DNA of 63,944 nt, the filler included, from Polymyxa betae A26-41 (Eukaryota > Protista > Endomyxa: Phytomyxea): the NCBI GenBank assembly GCA_003693705.1. It is 9 parts of 9 records of this genome, joined end to end, with 100 filler letters (N's around TTAATTAATTAA, not from the genome) between each part and the next. Parts side by side here need not be neighbours in the genome. Positions count along the whole stretch, not along the records: positions 33,233 to 44,011 come from RBZT01000239.1; positions 44,112 to 48,871 come from RBZT01000604.1; positions 48,972 to 53,484 come from RBZT01000652.1; 6 more parts are not named here. One strand, written 5' to 3'. The notes under the pieces are model-generated. The model saw only the letters and a list, made by a program, of their open reading frames with translations. It made no database searches and was not told the origin of the DNA. Both the position numbers and the translations under genes were made by a program. This document shows positions 37,131 to 49,333 of the stretch, piece by piece. Numbering within the stretch: position 1 is the first letter of the stretch; each line of letters opens with the position of its first letter.

Positions 37131-38009
37131 AGCGTAACGGCAAGCATCACCGTTACGCTGTGCGACAAACCGGTAGAAAACCCGTACACGGGAATGGTTC
37201 GCAAATACGTCAAGTACAGATTTTACTTGTTGGCGAGCGCGACTGGGAAACTGGGGCAAACTCCTATTTATGACAGCTTTCACTGACAAATACACGTGTA
37301 GAAGTAATTGGATTGTGGAATTTGGGATAATTACAAAACTTGCCTCTAGCCGACCATCTGTTGGAGATTTTCAGAATAAAAAAAGTTGCGAATGCCCGCG
37401 CCCTTTGTCAGCAGGTAGGTTTTGCCATGGAGTTTCAATTATCATATAAAAGAGTTGATCTTTCCATGCATGACACTACAGAAACGTTATTATACCAATC
37501 CAGAATCCAAAAAGTATATATACATGATCGCGACAATCTATTCTGAAGTCGTCGTGGACGGCTGAACAGCTTCGACCTCTGATGTCGACATGCACCTAGC
37601 TAATGCATCTATGAGACCCGGTCGTGCTCTGATTAGCCTTGTTTTTGAAGATGATTGGTGGATAGTATCATCATGATCGCCGAAAAAGGAACTTTTCGAG
37701 TTTTCGTAGTCCCGGTACAGGATGATGAGCGCATCCACATATTTGCCGAATGTATGCATACATAATAATCCGATTCTAAATTACCAGCCGGATCACGAGC
37801 GCTTCTATAACAACTGCAATTTAGAAAACTGTCGAATTTGTTAGAAACACTTACTAGTGTTTTTTGTTTTTGAGAAACATAACCAATAATATGATTTTGG
37901 AAAAAGAAATTTCCATAGATGAGCATTTCAAAAGTATTGTTGACATGCACTTCATATTAATTTTCTGAATAAATACTTATTATGCTCATGATAATGCGAA
38001 CATGAGATC

Positions 38010-38480
38010 GAGGGGTGATTCTTCACTGCAAACTCGATTTGCTTCTAGTTAAGGTTTGTACCGTCAGAAGTGCTGATTCGATAGGCAATGATGTATCAAA
38101 AACATTTCGGGCATATATATTCCTGGAGGAATAAAGCGGCGCTTTGAACGATTCCGAATAGAGTCCGCTGCAAATCCCGGAAAAGAATTGTCACAGTGCC
38201 GCCAACAGTATGTTTTGGCGTATCCCTGGCATCTTGAAAAAGAAAATTCAGGCTGAAATTTGGGTAAACTTCGATCAAATGGCCGTGTCCGGACGCAACT
38301 GCCTCCAGCCACTCCTGCTATTCTATAACATCCTGATTTTCCTCCATCAGCTCCCGGTCGGCTTTCAAGCCCATTGAATGGTCTTACAGACCGCGCTCTT
38401 TCTTAATCGTTTTAGCACCTTTGGTCAGCGTTTACCATAGACTGTCGGATATTTTAAAGGAACCACCCATCTCGTTGGGC
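38010..38480 (-). pseudogene. IS630/Tc1-mariner-type transposase C-terminus, copy 2
   Basis: KGAKTIKKERGL, LPKFQPEF...GYAKTYCWRHCDNSFPG, AYRISTSDGTNLN*KQIEFAVK; related to copy 1. Confidence 0.7.
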
Positions 38481-38879
38481 TTGCTCAAACGCGCAAATAA
38501 ATAAATCCTGCAAGAAATAAAAGATGCGTCACTGCACACAAATACTGAAATTTGCGATAAACGCTTTTTTTTCCCAATGTAAAGGCAATGTTTTTCAGAT
38601 AAATACTCGCTCTTTATACAAATGTATACGGGAATTAGAGCGTCTATTTTTACAATCGGCCTCTAATTTCTGGTCAGCTCATCAAAAGAAGCGGATTGCA
38701 AAAGAAATCTGCCAACGCGGTGCACTGATAATATGTTTGCGAAAAAGGTCAAAAAACCGAGTTCCTGAAAAAGTCTGCCATCAAGCATGGTATGGTTTTA
38801 TAGAAGGTATTTTCTACATCTACGTACCATGGATCGGAGTTGCTCACGACATTAAACAAATCATTCAATTAATAGAGCA

Positions 38880-40130
38880 TATTTCATGATTATGAGAACA
38901 TATACTGGATGTATGAGATCAACTCAGACCTCTTTATTATACTCAATCTCGAGATTTCTCCTTCTTCAAGACAAATTAGTACCGATTGTGTCTTAACCGT
39001 GATAAAAGCCAATCTCATATGGGATCAAATTTGGTTGCAGCGTAGACGATTGGACACCTTTTGGACGCGTTAGATCTGCTATATCAAGAAACGATAACAA
39101 AAGGTTTCGATTCTGGAATTCATCCAGAGGAAATCGTAGATTCCGAGACCCTCGAGGGACTTAGTACGTTCCACATATATAAAGTGAGACAAAAATGGAG
39201 TAGCGCCAAAACGGAGAATCTATCCCAGAAAATCGGCAGTGCTACTTAGACCGATTGAAGTCTAATCAAACTGTCAAAAAAGGAAATATCGCTCTCACGG
39301 GCACAGCCGCCATCGTATTTTCTCCAACTATGAATCTCACGACCTGCAACATTCAAACAAAACAACCCTAATCTCAAAAATGTTGTTTTTCGATAAGAAA
39401 CACAAATTATTGCCATACAAACGGGTTTAGATACAGTGCTTCCACAAGAACTTGCTGGGCTGAAGATTCATCTATTGTCAGATTCACTCTCATGCATCCA
39501 GCAACTAGTCGCCCTTCCCTACAAATATAACTATCAAACGCAGTTGTTGAAGACGTCGCCGAAAAATTAGCTCAATTAGCAAAAAACAATTCAATTGGAA
39601 TGCATTTAATACCTAGCCACACAGCAGAAAAGATTACACAAAGCGAGGAAATTGACGAACTTGCAAAACCAGCAGCTTTTCCCTTCATTCAGATTGATGC
39701 TAAAAAGGCGAGAAACAAAATAGGCTCTTAAATATCATGAAAGGAGATTTATACATCGTCGATTTGCAGATTATCCTGAATGGACTCATCTCATAGAATG
39801 TCTTATCAAGGATACAGAAGAGCGTATGGACATTAATAATATTCTTCTCAATAGACTGTAAAGAGCCCGAACAGGACATTCTCGGGCTAGAACACATCTA
39901 AAGAACATAAAAATGAAAATGGGAAAACATATGTCGAAACTGTAAGCGATATTGAGATCACTGTAGAACATCAACTAATAAAATGTAAAAACAAAAAACT
40001 CAGCTAAGGCCATTTCGAGACAAAGGAGTTAGAAATCAGAATCTTTTCTGAATCACTTTATATAGTCACAGAAAATTTATAAGCGAGTTCCTCTCCTGCA
40101 TAGATAACAATGGACGATATATATAACGAT
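38880..40130 (+). mobile_element. Degenerate LINE 3' half (post-RT region, RNase H, CCHC finger)
   Basis: MRTYTGCMRST; IHLLSDSLSCIQQL; HLIPSHT...EEIDELAK; RARTGHS...CRNC...TVEHQLIKC across frames. Confidence 0.75.
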
Positions 40131-40844
40131 CTACATATAAAGCTGGACATCCATTAGGGGAGTAGTGCTGTGAGTTAAAAGTAAATGGTGTCGAGCCAAT
40201 GTTGGATTGGGCGGGTATTTCCTACCTTATCTGGACGAACCTCTCTTAGGTCCTTCCAATAGGGCCGAACGAGATCCATAGATTAACATTAATGGGTGAA
40301 ATGATAAATCAATGGCTCCGAAGTAGGAGCCCTGATAGTGCTTTTGCTTTCATAGATTTTGATTACAAAAAGATTTACAAACTTAAAGCAGTGAAAATGC
40401 GTCCAAATGAAGGAGCAGAGTTGATGCTGGTTAATTGTAAAGTAAATGAGAGAAAATTTATTTGTTACCAAAAAATTACATTACAATCCTTCCGAGCACT
40501 GTATTTGGATGGAGATTCATTTTGCAACATTGAGAAGAAACTCCCTCTGGCAAACGAGATACATCATGCTAAAAGAAGACAGAAAAAATAGCAAAAGACG
40601 ATTTAGTGAGCTTAACGGCGTTATCATAGCTTAAGAGTTGGCGCCATTCAAGCGAATCGGGATCAATTCTGAGGGTGGCGAATTGCGAACTCCGACGGAG
40701 AGACGCCCAGCGAACGTCGCGAGCGAACTCCACCATCCGCGAGACGGTACGTCCGAACGGGGCGTACCCGGACCGAACTCCGATCCACAGAATCTTTAAG
40801 TGGCTTATGTTTGTCCGCCATCGCGCTCTCTCTCTCTATAGTCG

Positions 40845-41012
40845 TCCACATCACCCCATCGCCCCATCGCCTTGCCCCTTAGAGGCCTCTCCATCACCCC
40901 ATCACCCCGTCGCCCCCATCCTTAGAGGCCTCTCCATCACCCCCATCGTTAGAGGCCTCGTCATCACCCCATCACCCCATCGCCCCAAACCCTTAGAGGC
41001 CTCTCCTTCATC
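40845..41012 (+). repeat. C-rich minisatellite (TTAGAGGCCTC x4 with ATCACCCC/ATCGCCCC units)
   Basis: Directly visible upstream of ATG 41018. Confidence 0.85.
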
Positions 41013-41017
41013 ACACT

Positions 41018-42031
41018 ATGAGACCTCCTGGTGTCCCTCATTGGACAGAAGAGGAGTGTGACTTCCTGCAGGCGTTCGTCCCCGAGCATGGCCATAACTG
41101 GGTCCATGCGGCGCGCCAGATGTCCAACAAGTTCGGCGACCGACGCCCGTACGGCGCCGACATGATTCGCAAGAAATGGCGTCAGATCTGCCTGAAGAAC
41201 GGCGGCGAGCCGCCGTCGACGCCGGCCAAGGCGACGCCGACCGCCCGACGCCAGAATCTGAACCTGAACTGGACCGAGGTCGAGGAGGAAGTCCTGATCT
41301 CCCTCGTTGACGAGCATGGCGAGAAGTGGCCGACGGTGGCTCGCGGGCTCGTCGACCGCCTCGGTGAAGTTCGAAAGTACTCAGCTCGGCTCGCGAAGGC
41401 GAAATGGGAAAGCATGCCTGAAGGACGGCGCGCGCTGACGTTGGCGGCGGTGCCGGAGCCGACGACGACGACGCCCGGCTGGGGCGAAGAACATGACGAG
41501 TATCTGTCGATGCTGCAGACGATGTATCCGGACGACTGGCAGAAGATGTCGGAGATCTTTGAAAAGCGATTCGAGGCGGTCGACCCTTCCGTCGATAATC
41601 TCAAGCAGCGCGCGAAGGCGATCGAGATGCGCAAGCCGAGTCCGTCGTCCAGGCGGAAACGCGTCGAGCTCGATTCGTCGTCCGATGATATGAAGACTAT
41701 TTCCGAACCGATTCCGAAGAAACCGGCGCCGGCACCGAAATCGCCGAAAACCAAACTGAAGGCAAAACCGAAACCATCGCCTTCACCAAAGCCTAGAAAA
41801 CAAAGTACTTTTTTCCCTTTTCTTATTCTTGTTTCGTTCTTTTATCTTTTGTCACAACTTTTTGCTTTTGGTTAAGTTCGGATTTTTATCTGCCCTTTAG
41901 TTTTAAAATCTCGGAAATCGATAACAACTACAGCAGTGGCTTTCGCACCGAAGGAAGGAGAAGACAGCGGCGCCGCGGCCGTCGAACAGCCAGAAGCTCG
42001 GCCTCGATCGAAGAGCTGCATCGTCCAATAG
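41018..42031 (+). CDS. Triple Myb/SANT-like repeat protein with C-terminal CaaX (CIVQ)
   Basis: Three repeats WTEEE...HGHNW, WTEVEE...HGEKW, WGEEHD...YPDDW. Intron 41805-41900 gives an in-frame last exon ending RSKSCIVQ*. Confidence 0.85.
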
Positions 42032-43626
42032 CTGGCTTCAATGCCTCACCCAAATCGATAGCCATAAATTAAATACAATTGTTTTGTTATCTTTAGAATC
42101 CGAATTATTATTGATAAAACGTTGGTATCTTTACAATCCGAATTATTCTTGAGAAAACGCGAAACCAGCTGCTTTGATGAAGATGGGTTTCGTTGAAATT
42201 CCCCATTTCTGCTTTCAATGATGAATATCTAAGAATAGCAAATTCCGCTCCCTATTGATTAGTTGAAAACAATGTGAGATTTGCAGATTTCGCAACTTTC
42301 CGAAAAGTTCTGCAACGAGATTGTTCTCGCATCAACAAAACACACGAAGCTGGGAATGTTTTGGCATGGAAACAGCAGATTGGCAACGATTTTATCAACG
42401 ATGTTCGGAAATTGCTGGGATGACGCTCAGAGCGCTTTAGTTACTCGCCAATAAGCACAAGGTTGATCGTAAGCAAAAGCGGATTGGGCTTGAGATAAAT
42501 GGCTGTATACAGACAGCAATTTTTGGAATACTTTACAAAAACACAGAGCGAGTCTATGATCCACGCCCTTTTCGGATTTGAGTACCTTGCCCGAGGCAAG
42601 AGCACTCGAAAAAAGTGAAAAAATAATAGGTCTTGCGTGCGGCAGCTCAGATAGAAGGAAAAGGATGAAAGCTTCATATTTGTTGGAGTTTCACGGGACC
42701 AACTTATGCCAACCCCTGAGAACCATATAAGTTAAAGCACTCGAGCAAATTCCGATTGACAAATTGATTTCACAACTCTGGAGTAGTCTCAATGCTCAAT
42801 ATTTCTCATAAAATTACACACGAACGTGATGGCAGCTTCGTCCGGAGTCCAGTAGGACTTAACCATTTGCAACGACCCGGACTCACGCTGCAACGAAGTT
42901 CTGCTCTCAGCCTTTGTAATTAGGCGCGGCATTCCGTTTCAGCCGACACTCTTGAAAATCGAATATGAGCGCTCACTAAGGTCTGGGCTTCTCAATACTC
43001 AGTAAGATTGCGAGAAGACTTTCTGCAATCAAGTGATCAATGAGCGCTTTCTTATCACAATTGCTGATCCTATGCGCTTCAAATCTATTGATCGCCCGGC
43101 TGGTGTTGTTATCGAAAACGTCGTCGGGAAACCGAGGCGATTTAGACGCACCGCTTAAAATACATACAAAAATATTCGAACTTTGGAAGAGAATCAGTGA
43201 AAAGAATTTGTTGTTTTGTGAGATAGCCACAGTTTGTGAAAAGGTCGTGATTGTGTGGAGCTCTCAAATCGCTCTTCCGGATCTCAACCAATGTATTTCG
43301 AACTATTCGGCAGTCATTGTAGAGCATCTGTCTCCCTGTAACCTGGCAGAATTTCGATAGCAGTTTATGAGCCAGCAGTCGAATATCTGGTTTAAGGTCG
43401 CTTGCTTCTGTCAAGATAGGGATTGGCTTAGTTTCTTCTCGTCATGCAATCATTGTTCATAAAGAAATTTGTTCTTTAACAAAATAAGCGATCGCGATAC
43501 TCTAAAATGATCGAGATGCGGAACGGATATAGAGTTCGGTTATGTACTTTAACCTCCGAGACATCATGGTACAGGTTGGTTTGAATAGAGCACATCTGCA
43601 GTGGACAGCTCGAAAGAAAAAAAGAA

Positions 43627-43683
43627 AGGCCCTGCGCAGACTCGAACTGGAACCTGCGTGCTAACGACCTGCACTACAGATCC
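43627..43683 (-). pseudogene. tRNA pseudogene lacking the anticodon arm (Gln-like)
   Basis: GGATCTG-TAGTGCAGGTCGTTAGCAC...GTTCGAGTC...CAGGGCC followed by T-runs; A and B boxes retained. Confidence 0.6.
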
Positions 43684-43695
43684 GTACCGACTTTT

Positions 43696-44011
43696 TATTA
43701 GCATATGAGCGCTGTTAGATCAATCTCGAGATATCAATAGCGTTGACTCACGCTAATTCAACCGGAAGCATTGTCTTCCGCTTGCATGCTATCAAATAAA
43801 ACACTTCTTCAAACACATTCCAGTTCAAAACCCTCTCCCGTCTAACAGATTAAGAGTCCCACTTGCCTCTATATATAGCTGCGTGGAGTTTCGCTGCAAA
43901 GACAAGCGAACATTCGGGAGAGAGGTACAACCCTGTCAGGGAGCAGGAGCTGGATTCCAACTGAAAGAGCCAAACGTGAGCCGCAGTTGAGAAGAAGTCG
44001 TCAAGTTCCGA
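43696..44011 (+). mobile_element. Copia-type 5' LTR (43696-43847) + tRNA-Lys-half PBS (43848-43861), truncated by the gap
   Basis: Second copy of the element at 21573-21819; about two substitutions seen in the LTR. Confidence 0.88.
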
Positions 44012-44111
44012 NNNNNNNNNNNNNNNNNNNNNNNNNNNNNNNNNNNNNNNNNNNNTTAATTAATTAANNNNNNNNNNNNNNNNNNNNNNNNNNNNNNNNN
44101 NNNNNNNNNNN

Positions 44112-45019
44112 CCGCTCCCACTGTCACTTCTTCAGCACCAACTAGTGGCTCTTCGACCTCGGCGTCACCGAAGGAGATTACGACGGCCCCGGATGCCACC
44201 TCGTCTGTGACAACGGCTCCATCTTTAAGCTTATTTTCGACTTCGGCGTTACCGAAGGAGGGCACCAAGACCCCCTCTGCCACAACTTCAGTGACAACGG
44301 CTCCATCTTCAAGTTCATCTGCACCGTCGTCGCTGGCGGCTTCAGCAGCTCCCAGTGTTACTTCCTCAGCGCCCGCTACTCGATCATTGACCACAACGTC
44401 ACCGAAGAACGAGGGTACGACTGCGCCGGCTAATGTCGGGACCCTGACTGTCACCTCGTCGGTGACGGTGGCTCCATCTACAAATTCTTCGGCGACTACG
44501 CCTCCTCTGATGACTGCTGCAGCTCCTAACTCAGCACCTGTCACTAATTCCTCGTCAACTACATCAACCGAGATGCCTGCGGCCGCTCCGACTGCCATCT
44601 CTTCCAAAGCAGATAGCAGCTCATCCAGCACTACCATCCCCACCGCCATTTCAAAAGCGAATACAACTGATGCTGTGTCCTCTTTAGCGTCTAGCGCTGC
44701 CATCGATGCGATTCATAAATCCAAAAAGCTTCACCCGAAGCCGTATCCGCATGTACCTATAAGTTCTGCTCCCAAATCTAAACCGCATCCTCCACAAACT
44801 GATTGCCCTCAGCCTGTCAAAATACCGTCTTTGCCTCATCCGGCTTCGTCTAATCAGTTTAACTCTTTAAACCATTTGTCTCCAGAACAGATTCGTTCTG
44901 CCATCGCGGCGTATACCAAATCGCCCTCAACACAAAGTGATGATGATAGTTCTTCCCCAGCAATGCTCATTTCAGTTGTATGCATTGCCCTCGGTGTTGT
45001 CATTCATTTTATACTGTGA
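44112..45019 (+). CDS. Mucin-like Ser/Thr/Pro-rich surface protein, probable GPI anchor (5' partial)
   Basis: Repeats SPKEGT..SVTTAPS; C-terminal DDDSSS plus hydrophobic tail MLISVVCIALGVVIHFIL*. Confidence 0.85.
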
Positions 45020-45394
45020 ATACAAAATACTTGTTCATTTTCAGATAACGGTGCCCAATGTCCTTCTACTCGTGCAAGGTTTACTCCAGGAACTTCAGCG
45101 CCTGTCGTATGACCATAATGGCAGGAAGCGCTGCCATATCCAATATCCCGGTAATATGTGACGCTATCTTATTTAACTAGAGAGGATCTACAGAGTCAGA
45201 GTATTCAATTTCGCCGAAATTATTCATAATAGAGCGTTGAACGATACTCCCGAGTGTTTTGACGAATGAGGGTGGCATGTAATTGCCATGAAACATGCTA
45301 TTGAAGATTTCGTGCTTTTCATTAGCAGTGTTTTCTGTTTCATCATATCAGCAGTGTGTATGAAAAGCGCAGAATACACTGTTTTATAGTATGA

Positions 45395-46567
45395 TCATAT
45401 GTCCTCGGCTTTACTTCCTAGACACACCTGCCTATATTTCAACTCTTGGCGGGTTACCACGAACACCATCGAGCTAATGCCGGCGCTGAAGAAGCACCAG
45501 GTCGATGCAAACGCATCGAACCACAGCTTCACTGAGACGAACAGGCTGGCGGCGATCGCGATCGCGATTGTCCGATTATGTTGGACCTAAACGACGATGA
45601 AGGGGAGTACGACGCTGTTTAATATAGCCATATGTACCGAACTGAGGAATAGAGAACCTACAATAACGGCCACGTACAGAACGGCGGCCAGCAAGGCCGG
45701 GATTCGATCCGAATTCCAAAACATATTTGGGAATTCAAACATGTACACGATTCGCATCTCCTGCAGGCTAACGTGGATCGGGTCGTTTGTGATGATTGCA
45801 GTTAAAAGATAAGCGAAGAGAAATTGGCCTAGATGACTTTCAGGTAAACTGAATTTTTCTGTTTGTGTCTGTGCCAAATTTCATCCGAATTTGTTGGATT
45901 TCAATGGTTGAACTGCTCAACTTTGAAAGACAAATAATTGTAACTTGGAACTGAATTGCAAAAAGAATTTTGATGACAATCTTACCGATTATTGCCAGGG
46001 TGAAGATGATATAGCGGCGGAGCGAGGTCGCCTTCGTTTTTGTCCACGTTAGGAAGTCAGTGGTATGATATCTGGCTAACTCCCCGACCATAACATCATG
46101 CGCCTGATTCTGCAGATTCGTCATTGGTTTGGGCCTGTGTAACTCCAGCAGCGCCAATGTGAACGGGATAAAACCCGGCCAGAACGGGTAAGCTGCAGAT
46201 GACAACGTTTATTGCATTTCTTAAGAAGGCAACAATGCTGCTGGCTTCCGCAAGCAAACTCAACGTAAATTAAGGCACAACAATGTTGGAAGCATCGTAA
46301 CGTTTCAAATGGTTGAAAGCAGTCCAACAACGTACCAAAGAACGTGAAACAGCGAATGGCGTTCTGATTGTTCAGATGATTGATCCAGACGAAACCCTCC
46401 GATATCTGTTGTGTTCCGAAGGCAACGGGTATTGCGGCGAACGGCATCATCGATAAGCGATGTCGCCATGATAGCGATTGGGACAGGACGACTTGCGCGA
46501 TGTTAGCGAGCCCGATTACGACCAGTACTGTACCGAGCGTGAACGATGCCGCTGCCGAGAAACACAT
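45395..46567 (-). CDS. DUF6629-like multi-pass membrane protein, spliced
   Basis: MCFSAAASF...IPVAFGTQQISEGFVW...AYPFWPGFIP...AFASTWCFFSA; GT-AG introns link the pieces. Confidence 0.75.
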
Positions 46568-47460
46568 CGTATCTTTTGCAATACGATTATGGGCACGCGA
46601 ACCAACACAACAATCTCTCACTTCTTGTCAGCCATGAGATCATTGACGTTCGCGTCTAAAGGCTTATTGACAGGCTTCTCTCGGACCGATGGGTTCTGCA
46701 AGACGGATTCTGAATCACGAACTGAATCCCTGGCTTCAACTTCGTCTTGGAATCAATTTAGTACTGGAGGTATTCAGATTTATATCTGACTTGTAAAGCT
46801 CAAGTTGGTGCTTCATTAAATATGGCAACATGTAATGCCCTCCATCTCTTACCAAGGCAGGACTATCTACTAGATATCGGAGGTATTCCACTGAATATCA
46901 AACCTCCATGGTCTGTGGTACTTCCGAAGATAACATTCAAGCTATCATAGTCAATCAGAATGGAACGTTGCTGCAATATCACAGAACAAGATCGCATAAG
47001 ATCAGCATCATCAAATCATGGTTGTTTTCCGACTTCGGTGATTGTTCTAGGAACTTCCAACAGCTTGCAATAAAAACCGAAAAAGGCGACCTGTTGTAGG
47101 ATGAAACATCTGTCCACCGCCTAACTCCTAACGGCGCTTATGGGTTGAAGGGGCTAGATGCTGATCAGCTCCAAAATTAGACGTTCTGTAGGAGCACTGG
47201 TTGGTATGAAGGTTTTTGAAATTCTACCATTTCTGCTAGTAGAAAAAGGATCGCCATTCAACAAACTTCAGCGAGCCAGTCGAATCCAACCCAGTCGTAT
47301 TATTGAAATTCTTTCAACCTCTCGATAACACAATCTCCAGGCCACATTGAGCTGTTGATTGTTGCAATGTTTTGTATTATAATGAGACACACAATCGATC
47401 TTAATATCCAGCTTAATTCTCCGGCTTTGCAACACTCTTCAAGTTCTCATTTATTTACTA

Positions 47461-47988
47461 ATTAAGAGTCCCTAGTTCACGTCACCATAACCACCTCTGC
47501 ATTTATAATCACCAGACTACGTAGCTTTGACGATTGTCCTCATTGGAAGCGCCGCATGGTCGTGGTCTTTTACAGGAATCGACTTCGATCACTGCATTAC
47601 TCAAGATTATTCCACTTTCGGTCCCCTCGAAGCACAACCAGACCTTTCCAGTAAACCCGAACTCAACCGAACCGATCCTGGAACACGATGTTTACTTGAA
47701 CTTAATGTCGACGATAATGTCCTTCCACACCTGAGATCGGAGCCAACCGCCCACTTATATTGGGTAAACTTCATAGTATTTATCAGGAAGAATAGATCGT
47801 CAAATTTCTATCGACTTCGGATCCTTTTGAGCTGTTCTCAAGAAAATCGTTCAAATCAGGAGTACGTCTCTCTGATAGAATCTCGTGCTAGAGAATTGAA
47901 ATGTGCTGGAATTGATTCAAGCAGCGAATTCATCTCAGCATTAATGCTGTGCAATTTAGACTGCGCCCGCCTGACAACCGGTAGTTAG
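47461..47988 (+). pseudogene. Copia gag remnant preceded by tRNA-Lys-half PBS (ATTAAGAGTCCC, 47461-47472)
   Basis: RLRSFDDCPHWKRRM...QEYVSLIESRARELKCAG is UBN2-like. Confidence 0.65.
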
Positions 47989-48765
47989 GGTTTGTTATCG
48001 CAAAGTCAGTTCTTTCTTGTTTTAGTTGATCCTGAAACCCACCATCAAAATTTTTGACAAAAACAACCAGACACTCTCGCATTTCTCTGCCGGTCTAGCT
48101 TTTACCTGTCTAATCTTTTCTGTAGGCCCGTTTATTCCAATTTCAGGTGTCAAGACCATAAGCGTTACAAAGCTCTGCCATTTTTTCCTCTCCCATCATC
48201 TTAAAGAATTCCGACGAACTCGCTGAATGTCCTCTTTTTTTATTGAAACAGTTTACTGGCGTTTTGCTCTTTCATAGCATCTGCTCATGAATTGTAGCGA
48301 GAAACACGCTAGATTTCGCCTCCTAAACAAACCCTAAGAACTACTTCAATATGACAGCCGTCATTGGATGGGGCCAGCAATCAGCTCATTTTTCAAATAC
48401 AAATTACGAAATGAAATTTGTATTTAAACCCAGTGGATTAGGTCAAAGAGTAGCCGAAGCTGGTTGTCGATTCAGACACGAATGCAACAACCAGAGATGA
48501 AATGCAAGTTGCGTATCATCTACAATACAGCAGCTAATGTCTAAACGCATCTGAGACCATTAAACTGATTTCATCATAGCCCAAAAATATTCTTGTATGC
48601 GTAAAGATTTAGATATCAAGCTCATATATAGCCTGATGAATCAGTAACCCGACAATCAATGCTGATAAACCATTCCACTACAGATTTATTCAGCATTGGA
48701 AGGGTCGTTTAAAATGTCGATGAAGTTCACGTTGAAACAATCGGCATTCTGTTTGCAAAAAGAAA

Positions 48766-48838
48766 TGCCTCGTATGTGACTCGAACACATGATCTCTCGC
48801 TTACTAAGCGAGCGCCTTACCAACTTGGCCAACGAGGC
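48766..48838 (-). tRNA. tRNA-Thr (AGT)
   Basis: GCCTCGT/ACGAGGC acceptor stem, CTCGC-TTAGTAA-GCGAG anticodon arm, TTCGAGT T-loop, T-run downstream. Confidence 0.95.
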
Positions 48839-49333
48839 GATAGCTGTTCTGTCAAGGAAGATACGCCACGANNNNNNNNNNNNNNNNNNNNNNNNNNNNN
48901 NNNNNNNNNNNNNNNTTAATTAATTAANNNNNNNNNNNNNNNNNNNNNNNNNNNNNNNNNNNNNNNNNNNNTGTGAGCGAAATCAATCGAATCCGTTATG
49001 CTCAAAGCACGTTGAAAAAACTGATTTTAGTTGCAAATCTTTATCGGAAATTAATCTGGGCCTCCCGGAGATATAAATGGTCTTGGAAAGGATTCGCTCA
49101 TAAGAAAATCCGGTTTTGGATGTGTAAAGGGGCGGGTACGCTATTGACTCCAGCCTGGACTGTAACGTTGTCCGATGTGAATCTTGTAGATGCCGTTTGT
49201 CGTGTAGCACGTCTCTTACTCATAATGAAGCTCTCTAAGTTTTAAGGAAGTCGTAAGTAATGTAGTAATTTCAGAATGATAAGATTTTATTTCCTATCTA
49301 AAATTTGTAGTAATAAAGCATGAATCACGTATC

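Noticed and set aside
40845-41012. Spaced TTAGAGGCCTC repeats resembling a CRISPR array
   Set aside because: The repeat is only about 11-20 nt, the spacers are themselves repetitive and unequal, there are no cas genes, and the context is eukaryotic.
44056-44703. 215-aa Val/Ala/Glu-rich minus-strand ORF
   Set aside because: Antisense shadow of the mucin-like gene. The same applies to 41182-41754 and 57734-58414 (alternative strand or frame of real genes).
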